Below, piece by piece: positions 10,591 to 20,678 of a stretch of DNA of 64,000 nt. The DNA is from Candidatus Zixiibacteriota bacterium. GTDB lineage: Bacteria > Zixibacteria > MSB-5A5 > GN15 > JAAZOE01. Position 1 is the first letter of the stretch, and each line of letters begins with the position of its first letter. The stretch is from NCBI GenBank assembly GCA_043819555.1, contig JBDREQ010000063.1:32001-96000 (forward strand), given 5' to 3'. The position numbers and the translations under genes were made by a program. Below the pieces are notes generated by a model. That model did not search any database. It saw only the letters and a program-made list of their open reading frames with translations, and was not told the DNA's origin.

Positions 10591-11679
10591 TTATTTTTGT
10601 GATTGACAGGTGAGTGACAGCGGCCGCTGCCCCCCAAATATAGCTATTCTTGTTAATTCCTCTGTTTCTAGATTGTAATCGAATAATTGACCATAATACT
10701 GCGAAGTACCAATCAAATGATTACCATCCGGTGTAATGCAAAGTTCATTGGGATTAAATACGGCATATAAAGTATCCTCAAACACATCTACTTGTTTATA
10801 TATCTCATTATTGGCAATGTCAAAAATTGTAAAATATTGAGGAGCAATACAGTGCATTTGCATATTTCCGGGCTGAGAGTAAATTAAATATTCGCCATCA
10901 TGCGTTATCTCAAGGTCTCCATATCCTGGGCATATGGTTTTTCCATATATCAATGAATCAATAGTTTTATCATATACTTGAATTCTAAATGTACCAGGTC
11001 CGACTATAGAATATAAATACCATAATCGGTTATCCGTGCTGGCGATAATTCGTCGCGGATGACCATAATTGTATTTCCGCCTATTTGCTGAAAAATTATT
11101 ATCGATGTTTACTTCAACAATATCCAATCCGTAATTTTCAATGGCATGGGAATAGAGTAAAGTCTTACTATCCAAAGTAAAATTATGTCTGAAATATAGA
11201 CTTTCATCGGCAGTATCCTCGTACACAATCGAAAAATCATTCAAATCAAATAAATATAGCCTTCTCAAGGAAATAGCCAGGTATTTACCTTCTGGCGATA
11301 TATGTAGATATCTAATACCACCAGTACCATATACTGCGCCAGTTGGATGTTCTGCAACAACCTCTTGAGAATCAAGCGATACTTCGACAATATATCCATC
11401 CGGAGCCAAATACATTGTCTCACCATCGGGCGATACTGCCAGACCGGATTCTAATATATTATATGGCAGATCAAATGAATCCAATTCGCCATTAGTAGTA
11501 TTATAGGCAAATACTTTATTGCCCGGCTGTTCGCATCCAAAATACGCAATGTATTCTTTCGGTTCGACTGGAACCGGTTCCGGATCGGTGGCTTTTTTAC
11601 CGCAACCGAAGAATAGCAATGTCATAATTATTACGATTAGCCCCAGCGCACAAGTCCCCTTGAATAACAAACCCCGCAT
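10591..11679 (-). CDS. lipoprotein, YncE-like beta-propeller
   Basis: Lipobox FFGC; repeats GLAVSPDGE, ISPEGKY, ITHDGEY, ITPDGNH. Confidence 0.75.
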   Translation of the reverse strand: MRGLLFKGTCALGLIVIIMTLLFFGCGKKATDPEPVPVEPKEYIAYFGCEQPGNKVFAYNTTNGELDSFDLPYNILESGLAVSPDGETMYLAPDGYIVEVSLDSQEVVAEHPTGAVYGTGGIRYLHISPEGKYLAISLRRLYLFDLNDFSIVYEDTADESLYFRHNFTLDSKTLLYSHAIENYGLDIVEVNIDNNFSANRRKYNYGHPRRIIASTDNRLWYLYSIVGPGTFRIQVYDKTIDSLIYGKTICPGYGDLEITHDGEYLIYSQPGNMQMHCIAPQYFTIFDIANNEIYKQVDVFEDTLYAVFNPNELCITPDGNHLIGTSQYYGQLFDYNLETEELTRIAIFGGQRPLSLTCQSQK

Positions 11680-11813
11680 AAAATCCTCCCCTTGTTTTTG
11701 TATATGATACCTATCAAAATTTAATCAATCCAAACAGTTTGTCAAGAGGTATATTTATATAAATACTATGAATTATCAAATCCCAAACAATACATATATG
11801 CTTTAATTATTGC

Positions 11814-12479
11814 TTAAAACTTATAAACGATGGCAAAGGCGGATTTTTCTCCGGGGGATAACTCGATGGAGATGTTATCCGATTTTTTAATCGGCGGGGG
11901 GAAGTCCTGAAGGTGAGCGTCAACGTAGGCATCGATCATCGAAAAGAAAATCGTAATGCCGGCGTACCAGATGTTGGTGTTGCGCGTGTCGCGATAATTA
12001 GCATAGGCGCGAAACGCCTCCGCTTTTTGAGAAGCGAGGCTGTCGGGCAGGCCTCGCCAGTATTTTCGCGCATCACCGGCCTTGATGCCATAATCAACCG
12101 CTTTGTATATGAAATATGATTCGACCAGGAAGATGACTCCGGACTTAAAATATTTTTTATTGGCAAATTGTCCCCAGCCGGGAAAGGCGACTGATTTGAG
12201 CATGGTCATCGACTGCGAGCGTTTTGGTATTGAGAGAGTATTTTCCGTCAGGTAGGCTCTGACGATAAACGAATCTTCCGATGCCTGATACAGAACCGGT
12301 GATAAAAGCAGACCGTCATCGTTTGATGCGGGGGAGGCTAATGAGGAATCAATCGGATTTAATGAATCCGCCGGAATTATATCGGTCGTGGCGGCACAGG
12401 CAGGTGAAAGCATAATTAAAATAATCAGAACAAACAACGCCATAGTTCGAATGATATCTTCATTTCTTCTGGGGAGCAT
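11814..12479 (-). CDS. DUF5683-like membrane protein
   Basis: SVAFPGWGQFANKKYFK and SMIDAYVDAHL motifs. Confidence 0.75.
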   Translation of the reverse strand: MLPRRNEDIIRTMALFVLIILIMLSPACAATTDIIPADSLNPIDSSLASPASNDDGLLLSPVLYQASEDSFIVRAYLTENTLSIPKRSQSMTMLKSVAFPGWGQFANKKYFKSGVIFLVESYFIYKAVDYGIKAGDARKYWRGLPDSLASQKAEAFRAYANYRDTRNTNIWYAGITIFFSMIDAYVDAHLQDFPPPIKKSDNISIELSPGEKSAFAIVYKF

Positions 12480-13434
12480 TGGTAAACACCCGCAAAGCGC
12501 GATGAAGCGCCTCGATAACGATTTCCTTTCCTGAAAACTCGACTTCCTCGCTATCCATCATCCAGGTGTGCCCTTCAGCCGGACTGATGCTGAGGCGATG
12601 GCCACGAACCATTTTTATTTTGCCCAGGAATTGATACTTATCTTTTTTCAGATCGCGAATAAAACCGGTAATTTTATCGCGGGGGCAATTATCATCATAC
12701 ACGATAACGATTCGCCCATCATCAGGGGTTGCGGCGGGGACAAACGGCAGCGTCATCACATGTGAAAGGAGATGTATATTAAGAATTTTCGGCTGCGCCT
12801 CAAACGTATGATTGTCCATTTTCAGTGTCATTGTTCGGGGAACAGTTTGATCGGCGGCTTTGCCGGCCATCTTAGCCCACGACATAGCCAGGCGCGGCAG
12901 TTTTTTGGATCCCTGCTGGTAAATCATATGGTACACTAGTCCGGCTGTCAGAGAGCCAAGGAAGAAGGTGCCGTTGGCCTGACCGGCATCGATTCGCGTC
13001 TGATAGCCGGCGAGAATTATATCAAGAGCCACTTCGGCATCGGTATGGCCGAAAAGCGACAAAAAAATATTATTATGCAAGCCCGTCGGGACAATTCCCA
13101 AAAGCCCTTTGGCTCGGGAAATTCTGGAGGCGGCCAACCGAATCGATCCGTCTCCTCCGAAAACAATTATGGCAAACGGATTTTTGCGAATGGCCTGTCC
13201 AATTGTTTTTTCAAAATCCGTCCAGTCATCGACTCTATCGGTGTGGCATTCCCAGCCCGAACGGCGTAATCGCCCCTGAAGCCTTTGCGCCAATTTGGCC
13301 GCCTGGTCGGGATCAAATCCAAAATCGGCTTCATTGACAATTAAATTGTACGCTTTTTTACGGAGCGCGGGAGGTTTTGTACCGCCCGGGCGGCGCGGCG
13401 TGTATTTTCTCTTTCTTTTATCCATAGACTTCAA
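12460..13434 (-). CDS. diacylglycerol kinase catalytic-domain family protein
   Basis: VFGGDGSI and LGIVPTGLHNN motifs. Confidence 0.8.
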   Translation of the reverse strand: MKSMDKRKRKYTPRRPGGTKPPALRKKAYNLIVNEADFGFDPDQAAKLAQRLQGRLRRSGWECHTDRVDDWTDFEKTIGQAIRKNPFAIIVFGGDGSIRLAASRISRAKGLLGIVPTGLHNNIFLSLFGHTDAEVALDIILAGYQTRIDAGQANGTFFLGSLTAGLVYHMIYQQGSKKLPRLAMSWAKMAGKAADQTVPRTMTLKMDNHTFEAQPKILNIHLLSHVMTLPFVPAATPDDGRIVIVYDDNCPRDKITGFIRDLKKDKYQFLGKIKMVRGHRLSISPAEGHTWMMDSEEVEFSGKEIVIEALHRALRVFTNAPQKK

Positions 13435-13639
13435 TAATAACGCCTAATGGTCCCAAAAAACAACTGTTTATTGTCGCTCTTTTTTTGTACATATACTTAA
13501 AGGCCGGAGTGGCCTGGCCCTTCGCTTTTTTATACAAGGAAAAGGCTTTGGAGCCGATATAAAACTAAAAACCGTGGCAGAATTTTGATAAACGAATTTT
13601 CTTGCTCTAAATTATTGAATTAGCGTATCTCTAATAATT

Positions 13640-14491
13640 ATGAATTCGACGGCATCGCAAAACAATATATCCGCCAGGATATTTATCTGGATATCATTCG
13701 CGGTTCTCGCATTGCTATATATGCCGGTATTAATCGGACTGATCGAAGTTTGGTGGGCGGATGATAATTACTCGCATGGATTTCTAATTCCTCTAATTTC
13801 CGGATATTTGCTTTGGAAAAAGCGAAAGGCTCTGGCCGAAGTTCCCGAATCAAAGGGGAATAATCCCGGCTTATTGATATTGATTTTCGGCATGCTGATC
13901 TTCGTTCTGGCGACCGCCGCCGCGGAATATTTTACCATGCGGGCATCAATGGTTATAACACTCTTTGGGCTGGTCTGGTATATTTTCGGATATCGGATGA
14001 TTCGGATAACATGGTTTGAGTTATTGTTTTTATTTTTTATGATTCCCCTGCCTTATGTGATTTACTATGCCTTAACGTTTCCGATGCAGCTTTACGCGAC
14101 GACGATTACAACCAAAATATTGAGCTTCGTCGGGATGTCGGCGGTTCAACAAGGCAACGTAATCCATCTGCCGGGGTATTCCCTTGAAGTGGCGGAAGCC
14201 TGCAGCGGATTGCGGTCGCTGATATCGCTTTTGGCGCTGGGAGCTCTGTATGCCCGCTTCACACAGAAAACATTCGGACGCCAGGTATTTTTATTTTTGT
14301 CAACCATTCCCATCGCCATCGCGGCTAACATCTTTCGCCTTTTGTTCACATCAGTCGGGGCGTACGCCGTATCGCGCGAATTGGCCGAGGATTTTTTGCA
14401 TGAATTATCGGGAATGATGGTTTTTGTAGTAGCCTTTATAATGCTCTTTATCTGGGGCGCGATAATAAAGCCGAGGAAGACCAAAGCATGA
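13640..14491 (+). CDS. exosortase (EpsH family)
   Basis: YSHGFLIP, EVAEACSGLRSL (Cys), ANIFR (Arg), FLHE (His). Confidence 0.93.
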   Translation: MNSTASQNNISARIFIWISFAVLALLYMPVLIGLIEVWWADDNYSHGFLIPLISGYLLWKKRKALAEVPESKGNNPGLLILIFGMLIFVLATAAAEYFTMRASMVITLFGLVWYIFGYRMIRITWFELLFLFFMIPLPYVIYYALTFPMQLYATTITTKILSFVGMSAVQQGNVIHLPGYSLEVAEACSGLRSLISLLALGALYARFTQKTFGRQVFLFLSTIPIAIAANIFRLLFTSVGAYAVSRELAEDFLHELSGMMVFVVAFIMLFIWGAIIKPRKTKA

Positions 14492-15141
14492 ACGCAACCG
14501 CGAAAAAGGCGATTATATCACTGATTATCCTGATAATCTTCGGCGGTTTCGGAACTTATCTGCGCGGTCATGAACAAATGCCGGACAGCCGACCTGATTT
14601 TGACTTAATTCCATTCAATGACTTCGGCTATACCGGAAGCGAGCATAGATTTGATGAGTTTGCTTATGAAGTATTAAAGGCCGACACCTCAACGCTGCGC
14701 AATTACTTTGATGATGCCTTTAATAGTTACTGGCTTTTTGTGGCCTACTTTTCCAGCCAGAAATACGGCGCGCAAATTCATTCGCCCAAACATTGCCTGC
14801 CGGGCGGCGGCTTTCGAATTGAGACTATTGAGCTATATCCGATTAAACTCAACGACGGAACAACGCTTCAGGTCAACCGCCTGACCATCGCCAATAATAT
14901 GCGAAAAGAGTTGATGCTTTACTGGTTTGAGACTCGCGGCGGAGTAATTTCCGACGAATACGGGCTAAAGCTTGACCTGATGAGAAACGCCATAGCTCTC
15001 CAGCCGACCGATGCCGCTTTCTGCCGCCTGACGATGCCTTTGACGCTCCATGCTGATTTGGACAAAGCCAGCGAGCGGGCGGTAAAATTCATTCGGGATT
15101 TCTATCCTTCCATGAGCCAGGCTCTGCCATTCGATAAGTAA
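14488..15141 (+). CDS. epsI: exosortase-associated EpsI family protein
   Basis: IHSPKHCLPGGG and LYWFETRG; overlaps the exosortase stop. Confidence 0.88.
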   Translation: MNATAKKAIISLIILIIFGGFGTYLRGHEQMPDSRPDFDLIPFNDFGYTGSEHRFDEFAYEVLKADTSTLRNYFDDAFNSYWLFVAYFSSQKYGAQIHSPKHCLPGGGFRIETIELYPIKLNDGTTLQVNRLTIANNMRKELMLYWFETRGGVISDEYGLKLDLMRNAIALQPTDAAFCRLTMPLTLHADLDKASERAVKFIRDFYPSMSQALPFDK

Positions 15142-15153
15142 CTTTTATTTATT

Positions 15154-15729
15154 ATGTCGAATTTTTTATTCAAAGAAATCTGTCCGGATATGTGGAGCGA
15201 TTTTGAAAAACTGTTCGGGCAAAAAGGCGCCTGCGGCGGATGCTGGTGCCAGCACTGGCGCATGCCAAACAGTGCCAAAGAATGGGAAAACATAAAAGGA
15301 CGCAAGGCCAAAGCCGCTTCCAAAAAGTTGATTTTATCAGGCGCCATGACCGGGCTTCTGGCATATGATGGAGATATTCCGGTCGGATGGTGTTCGTACG
15401 GCCCGCGCGAAGTATATGCTCGTATCAATATGATGAAACCGTATCAGCGCAACGATATCGAAGGCGTCTGGTGTATCAATTGTTTTTTTATCGATAAAAA
15501 TTATCGCCGCAAGGGTCTGGCAAGTGAGATGCTGTCGGCGGCGGTTAGATTTATTAAGAATCGCAAAATAAAAATTATAGAAGCTTATCCGACGCCGCTT
15601 GCCAAAGACGGCAATAAACTCCCGGCCGCGTTTTCATTTACCGGACCTCTGAAAATGTTTGAAGATTTTGGATTCAGGATCATCCAGCGCACATCTCATT
15701 CAAGACCACTGGTCAGGATGAGGGTATAG
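15154..15729 (+). CDS. GNAT family acetyltransferase
   Basis: GWCSYGPR, WCINCFFIDKNYRRKGLA, EAYP. Confidence 0.85.
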   Translation: MSNFLFKEICPDMWSDFEKLFGQKGACGGCWCQHWRMPNSAKEWENIKGRKAKAASKKLILSGAMTGLLAYDGDIPVGWCSYGPREVYARINMMKPYQRNDIEGVWCINCFFIDKNYRRKGLASEMLSAAVRFIKNRKIKIIEAYPTPLAKDGNKLPAAFSFTGPLKMFEDFGFRIIQRTSHSRPLVRMRV

Positions 15730-16006
15730 CGTCGCTCCAATTCTCACAGAAGGTTATGGAGTTCTTGTTATAGAATATAGATTATAACCAGGAAGCAAGA
15801 ATATCTATATTCGTTTATTTCAATGGTTGGCCAATATTTTCTGTTTGAGTTTTTCTCCCCTGAGCAATTTCTGAGCATAATTCCCCTGTTTTAATACATC
15901 AATACACTTGATTTTTCTTAATAGCTAACTCCCCCTTATTTCTCGCCGAATCAATAATATAGTATCCGATTTTGAGAAACTTCAACTCAAGGGTAAGGAG
16001 AGTCAC

Positions 16007-16456
16007 ATGGCCCAAATGCTTCCACCAACTATGCCGCCTCCGACAATGGCTCCACCGATATCATTCAAAACCGAGGCGCCGTTGGCTGGACGGGGAACAA
16101 GGCTTATGGCGGCTATCATTGATTCAGCCTGCGCCATAGTGATATATCTGCTTTCGATTTTATTCGACTCTCCGGCAATTTTGTTTTTGGGGCTGGCCGG
16201 ATTGGCAATCTATCAAATTTATCTTTTGACAACATTGGGACAAACGGTCGGCAAAATGACCATGAATATCCGCATCGTCAAATTCGATACCGGCAAAAAC
16301 GGCGGATTTGTCACAAATGTTTTGATACGCGGAATCGTCAACGGGATACTGGGATTCATTCCTTTTTATTCTCTCATCGATGTCGCCATTATTTTTCGCG
16401 AACACCACCGCTGTATTCATGATTTTCTCGCCGGAACAAAAGTAATTGAGGTGTAA
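16007..16456 (+). CDS. RDD family membrane protein
   Basis: RLMAAIID, GQTVGK, RCIHDFLAGTKVI; RBS AAGGAG. Confidence 0.9.
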   Translation: MAQMLPPTMPPPTMAPPISFKTEAPLAGRGTRLMAAIIDSACAIVIYLLSILFDSPAILFLGLAGLAIYQIYLLTTLGQTVGKMTMNIRIVKFDTGKNGGFVTNVLIRGIVNGILGFIPFYSLIDVAIIFREHHRCIHDFLAGTKVIEV

Positions 16457-16510
16457 ACAGCTTAAAAGTTATCAGATTTTGAGCCTAAGAAATTTACTAA
16501 TAAAAAAAGC

Positions 16511-16538
16511 TTGACTTTATCCGAAACAATTATAGATT
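16511..16538 (+). promoter_or_regulatory. putative sigma70 promoter for the ABC exporter leader
   Basis: TTGACT-N16-TAGATT. Confidence 0.45.
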
Positions 16539-16668
16539 GTTCTCGTTAACCAGGAAGTTAAACTTTATATTGACTCGCAACCGAGGAAGTTTGATGTTCA
16601 TGTATTTTCACAATTTAATGATCTCAGGCATTACAGGGTAATAACCCAAAAGGAGTACATCGACTAAT

Positions 16669-16749
16669 ATGACCACTCTACTTACATATAAGCGAGTATT
16701 CCCGGGTAATCCTGGGCAGTGGTTCTGCGGTTGCGGAGGTTTCCTATAA
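16669..16749 (+). CDS. putative leader peptide MTTLLTYKRVFPGNPGQWFCGCGGFL
   Basis: AGGAG at 16651-16655; ORF ends ~30 nt before a terminator hairpin. Confidence 0.4.
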   Translation: MTTLLTYKRVFPGNPGQWFCGCGGFL

Positions 16750-16781
16750 GACCTTAGTATCTATATACAGGTAAATCTTTG

Positions 16782-16819
16782 ACCCGCCGGATCACATAAA
16801 CAGTCCGGCGGGTTTTTTT
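16782..16819 (+). terminator. intrinsic terminator in the 5' leader of the ABC operon (attenuator-like)
   Basis: ACCCGCCGGA-loop-TCCGGCGGGT plus T-tract, ~70 nt before the ABC start. Confidence 0.8.
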
Positions 16820-16886
16820 GTGATTCAAAAACTCCGTTCGGACCGGTAAAATAAATTAAACGCCGGGTTGAAGCGGCAAAAACGGA

Positions 16887-18698
16887 GTGGAGACAATGGA
16901 TTCAGCATATTTCGAAGATGAAAAATACGAAGATATAAGTTCGCGCAAAGCATTCGGACGGCTGATGCCGCTTTTGAAGCCGCATATTAAATGGCTGTTC
17001 ATATGTTTTGGGCTTCTGGCCGCATCTAAGGCTGTCTATGTTTATGCGCCGACATTGATTCGCACGGCGATCGATGTCGATATAGCCAATACCGATTTCG
17101 GCGGCCTTTTGGCAACCGTCGGCCTGTATATATTATTTCAGGGTTTGTTTTTAGTCGGCAATTATTTCTTCCGCATTCGCATGGAAATAATCGGCCAAAA
17201 GGTAATGACGCTTCTGCGCAAGGACCTGTTTGACCATATTCTGAAAATGGCCGTGTCGTTCTATGACCGTAATCCGGTCGGACGCCTCATGGCCCGGGTC
17301 GAGTCTGATACCGAGGCGCTGCGCCAGATGTTTACCAATACGGTTGTTAATATCATCGGAACGATTATACAGGTGGCCGGGATATTTATTATCCTGCTTT
17401 TCATCTCGCCGAAGCTGGCGTTGATTGTGATGGCCTTTATTCCAATTATCGTTGCCGCCCTGTATATCTACCAGCGGCAGACAACGCCCAAATGGTTATT
17501 GGTTCGCAAACGGATGGCCGATGTCACCGCGACATTAACTGAGTTTTTGCAGGGTATGCAGATTATTCAGATATTCGACCGTATCAGGATGGCTCGGCGG
17601 CGCCTGTTTCAGGCAAGCATGAATAAGTTGAAGCCTGATTTCCAGGCTAATATGTGGGTTATCGTCATGTTTAATTTCATATTCTTTATGGAAACAGCGA
17701 TAATCGCGAGCGTTCTGTATTTCGGCGCCAAATGGGCTGGAGTAGGGGCGGTAACAATTGGGACGTTAGTGATGTTTATTACATATATCCGTCAATTGAT
17801 GGAACCGGTTCATCTTGCCGCCGAGCAACTGGCGATGATTCAAAAAGCCGTCGCCGGGGCCAAGAGAATATTCGGACTTTTGGATACTCATGAAATCATT
17901 TCCGAATCGGTGCGCCCGGAATCATGGCCGAAATTTCGCGAAAGCATCGTGTTTGAAAATGTATGGTTTTCATATAACGACGATGACAATTATGCCTTGA
18001 AGGACGCATCTTTTACGATTCCGAAAGGAAAACAGTACGCTCTGGCCGGAGTGACCGGAGGCGGTAAATCAACGGTAATAAATCTGCTCTTAAGATTCTA
18101 TGATCCTCAAAAAGGGCGGATTGTGATAGATGGAATAGATTTGCGGGACATCTCTAAAGATCAATTGCGCGAGAAAATCGGATTAGTGCTTCAGGATATT
18201 TATCTCTTTCCGGGGAACGTCGCCTCTAATGTGTCCCTCTCGGCAAATGGATCCGATCGCGAAAAAGTGATCGACGCCTGCAAAACTGTGGCGGCTCATC
18301 AGTTCATTGAGAGAATGCCGGAACAGTATGAAACGGAATTATCAGAGCGGGGTGGAAACCTGAGCCGAGGCGAACGGCAATTATTATCATTCGCACGGGC
18401 TTTGATTGCCGATCCGCAGGTGTTGATTCTCGATGAAGCAACCAGTTCGGTCGATCCGGAAACGGAACGGCTGATCCAGGAAGGACTTTTGACCCTGATG
18501 CGGGGGCGAACGTCGATTATTATCGCCCATCGATTGTCAACGATCATGAATGTAGATAAAATTCTGGTCATCCGCGAGGGTGAAATAATAGAGCGGGGGA
18601 AACACGAGGAACTGCTTGAGATGAATGGCTATTATTCAAAACTGTTCAAATTGCAATTCAAGCAGTTAAACGGCAATGGAGTGAAAAAAGCATGTTAA
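16887..18698 (+). CDS. ABC exporter TMD+NBD half transporter (MdlB-like)
   Basis: GVTGGGKST, LSRGERQ, ILDEATSSVD. Confidence 0.93.
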   Translation: METMDSAYFEDEKYEDISSRKAFGRLMPLLKPHIKWLFICFGLLAASKAVYVYAPTLIRTAIDVDIANTDFGGLLATVGLYILFQGLFLVGNYFFRIRMEIIGQKVMTLLRKDLFDHILKMAVSFYDRNPVGRLMARVESDTEALRQMFTNTVVNIIGTIIQVAGIFIILLFISPKLALIVMAFIPIIVAALYIYQRQTTPKWLLVRKRMADVTATLTEFLQGMQIIQIFDRIRMARRRLFQASMNKLKPDFQANMWVIVMFNFIFFMETAIIASVLYFGAKWAGVGAVTIGTLVMFITYIRQLMEPVHLAAEQLAMIQKAVAGAKRIFGLLDTHEIISESVRPESWPKFRESIVFENVWFSYNDDDNYALKDASFTIPKGKQYALAGVTGGGKSTVINLLLRFYDPQKGRIVIDGIDLRDISKDQLREKIGLVLQDIYLFPGNVASNVSLSANGSDREKVIDACKTVAAHQFIERMPEQYETELSERGGNLSRGERQLLSFARALIADPQVLILDEATSSVDPETERLIQEGLLTLMRGRTSIIIAHRLSTIMNVDKILVIREGEIIERGKHEELLEMNGYYSKLFKLQFKQLNGNGVKKAC

Positions 18699-20506
18699 AA
18701 TATATAAAATGGTTCTGGCGTTATTACCGGCATCACAAGAGAACGCTGTTTGTGCTCCTGACGTTCTCGATATTGTCAGGAATACTATTGGTCATTCAAC
18801 CGCTGCTTTTGAAAAATATATTCGATCTGCTTCAGTCGGGTGAATTAACGCGGGTAAATATGCCATATGTGAACGAGTTTATTGAGTCTCTCGGCGGAAA
18901 TAGTATTGGCAATTACACCATGATTCTGATTGGCTTCGCCTTTGTCTGGCTTATCGTTTATATCATCTTAGTCGGACATCGCGCCTATATGAATATCCGG
19001 CTGGAATTGGAGTTTCGACAAAAGGCGTTTGATAACGCGACCGTCAAAGGTCCTGATTTCTTCAATAAATTCAGTACCGGGGATCTGGTCACGAGGATGA
19101 CAGATGATTGCGGCGAAGATAAGCTGGCCTGGTTTGCCTGCAGTGGCATCTTCCGTTTCTATGAGTCGCTGATTTTGATTATTTTCAGCCTGATTACAAT
19201 GATCTCGATTCATCCCAAGCTGGCCCTGTGGACGGCTACGCCTCTTCCGATTCTGGTATTTATTTATATGAAGAGTTCATCGGTGCTCGATAAGCGTTTT
19301 GATTTTCTGCAGAAGAAAATCTCAGATATCAATGACACCATGGAAACCTGCTTTTCCGGTATTCGCGTTATCAAGGCGTATGTCCGCGAGAAAGATCAGC
19401 GGAAGAAATTTGCCGCTGTCGCCGACAATCGCCAGGCCGCGGAAATATCCGCCGTCAAGGCGCACACCATTATCGAATCGCTGTGGATGTATATCTGGCA
19501 ACTGGGATTGATAATAATCCTTCTGGCCGGAGGATATTACGTGATCAGGGGCAGTTTGACGATTGGCGAGTTTGTCGCCTTCAATTCGTTAATGCTGTTT
19601 ATGCTATATCCGATGTTTGACGTCGGCAATTTTCTCGTGCGCGGACTTCGGGCCGCGGTTTCGATCAAGCGTTTGATTGAACTTGAAGATTATCCGCTTA
19701 TGATTGATGAAAATGAAGGTGGCCAAGCCGTCAAAAAAGAGAGGACTTCCGGACGCGTGGTTTTCGAAACCGCGACGTTCAGATTCGCCGGCATGGAACG
19801 GGATATCGTCTCCGATTTGAATTTTACCGCGGAGCCGGGTCAGCGCGTGGCTCTGGTCGGAAAAGTCGGCTCTGGAAAAAGCTGGGCGGCGCGGCTGATT
19901 CCGCGATTGGTTAATCCGGTTTCAGGCCGGATTACGCTCGATGGAATCGATTTGCGCAAGTATGATATCCACGATCTGCGTCGGATGATCGGATATGTCC
20001 CGCAGGAACCGATTTTGTTTTCGGATACAATCGAAAACAATGTTCGGTTCGACCGCGATGATATTACCGATGCCACGATTGACTGGGCGATTGATGTCGC
20101 GCAGCTTAAGAGCGAAATGGATAGTTTTCCCAAAGGATTACAGACCCGCATCGGCGTTCGGGGCATGTCGATTTCCGGCGGTCAAAAACAACGATTGGCG
20201 GTGGCTCGCGCTCTGGCGGGCAAGCCCAAGATTTTGATTCTCGATGACTGCACCTCGGCTCTCGATGCCGATACCGAAGCAATTTTGTGGGATCGGCTTC
20301 ATGAAGTCATGCCGGATTTGACCTGCTTTATCGTATCGCATCGCCCGGCAACGCTGGAGAAGGCCGATAAGATTATTGTTTTGGACGACGGCAAAGTTGT
20401 CGAAGAAGGCGGGCATATAGATTTGATATTGAAAGATGGCCTGTACTGCAAGCTGTATCATCGCATCATGCTGGCCGAAGCCGTCGGCGACAGCGCCGCG
20501 GCATAG
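18692..20506 (+). CDS. ABC exporter TMD+NBD half transporter (MdlA-like, degenerate site)
   Basis: GKVGSGKS, ISGGQKQR, ILDDCTSALD; overlaps the previous gene. Confidence 0.93.
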   Translation: MLKYIKWFWRYYRHHKRTLFVLLTFSILSGILLVIQPLLLKNIFDLLQSGELTRVNMPYVNEFIESLGGNSIGNYTMILIGFAFVWLIVYIILVGHRAYMNIRLELEFRQKAFDNATVKGPDFFNKFSTGDLVTRMTDDCGEDKLAWFACSGIFRFYESLILIIFSLITMISIHPKLALWTATPLPILVFIYMKSSSVLDKRFDFLQKKISDINDTMETCFSGIRVIKAYVREKDQRKKFAAVADNRQAAEISAVKAHTIIESLWMYIWQLGLIIILLAGGYYVIRGSLTIGEFVAFNSLMLFMLYPMFDVGNFLVRGLRAAVSIKRLIELEDYPLMIDENEGGQAVKKERTSGRVVFETATFRFAGMERDIVSDLNFTAEPGQRVALVGKVGSGKSWAARLIPRLVNPVSGRITLDGIDLRKYDIHDLRRMIGYVPQEPILFSDTIENNVRFDRDDITDATIDWAIDVAQLKSEMDSFPKGLQTRIGVRGMSISGGQKQRLAVARALAGKPKILILDDCTSALDADTEAILWDRLHEVMPDLTCFIVSHRPATLEKADKIIVLDDGKVVEEGGHIDLILKDGLYCKLYHRIMLAEAVGDSAAA

Positions 20507-20555
20507 AGTAATGCGGCAGGTCATGAAATATGATCTGCCGTAACAATAAGAAAAA

Positions 20556-20600
20556 GCCATTGCGAGGAATTCCGTTTTAACGGGATGACGGAGCAATCCC
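20556..20600. repeat. REP-like element (CATTGCGAGG…GACGGAGCAATCCC type)
   Basis: Intergenic imperfect palindrome following a hairpin at 20513-20541. Confidence 0.5.
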
Positions 20601-20678
20601 TGGTTAACATTTGCCGCCAGTTCACACCCATCCTTCGTTGGGGGTATAACTGACAGGATAGATTGACAGATTAAGAAA

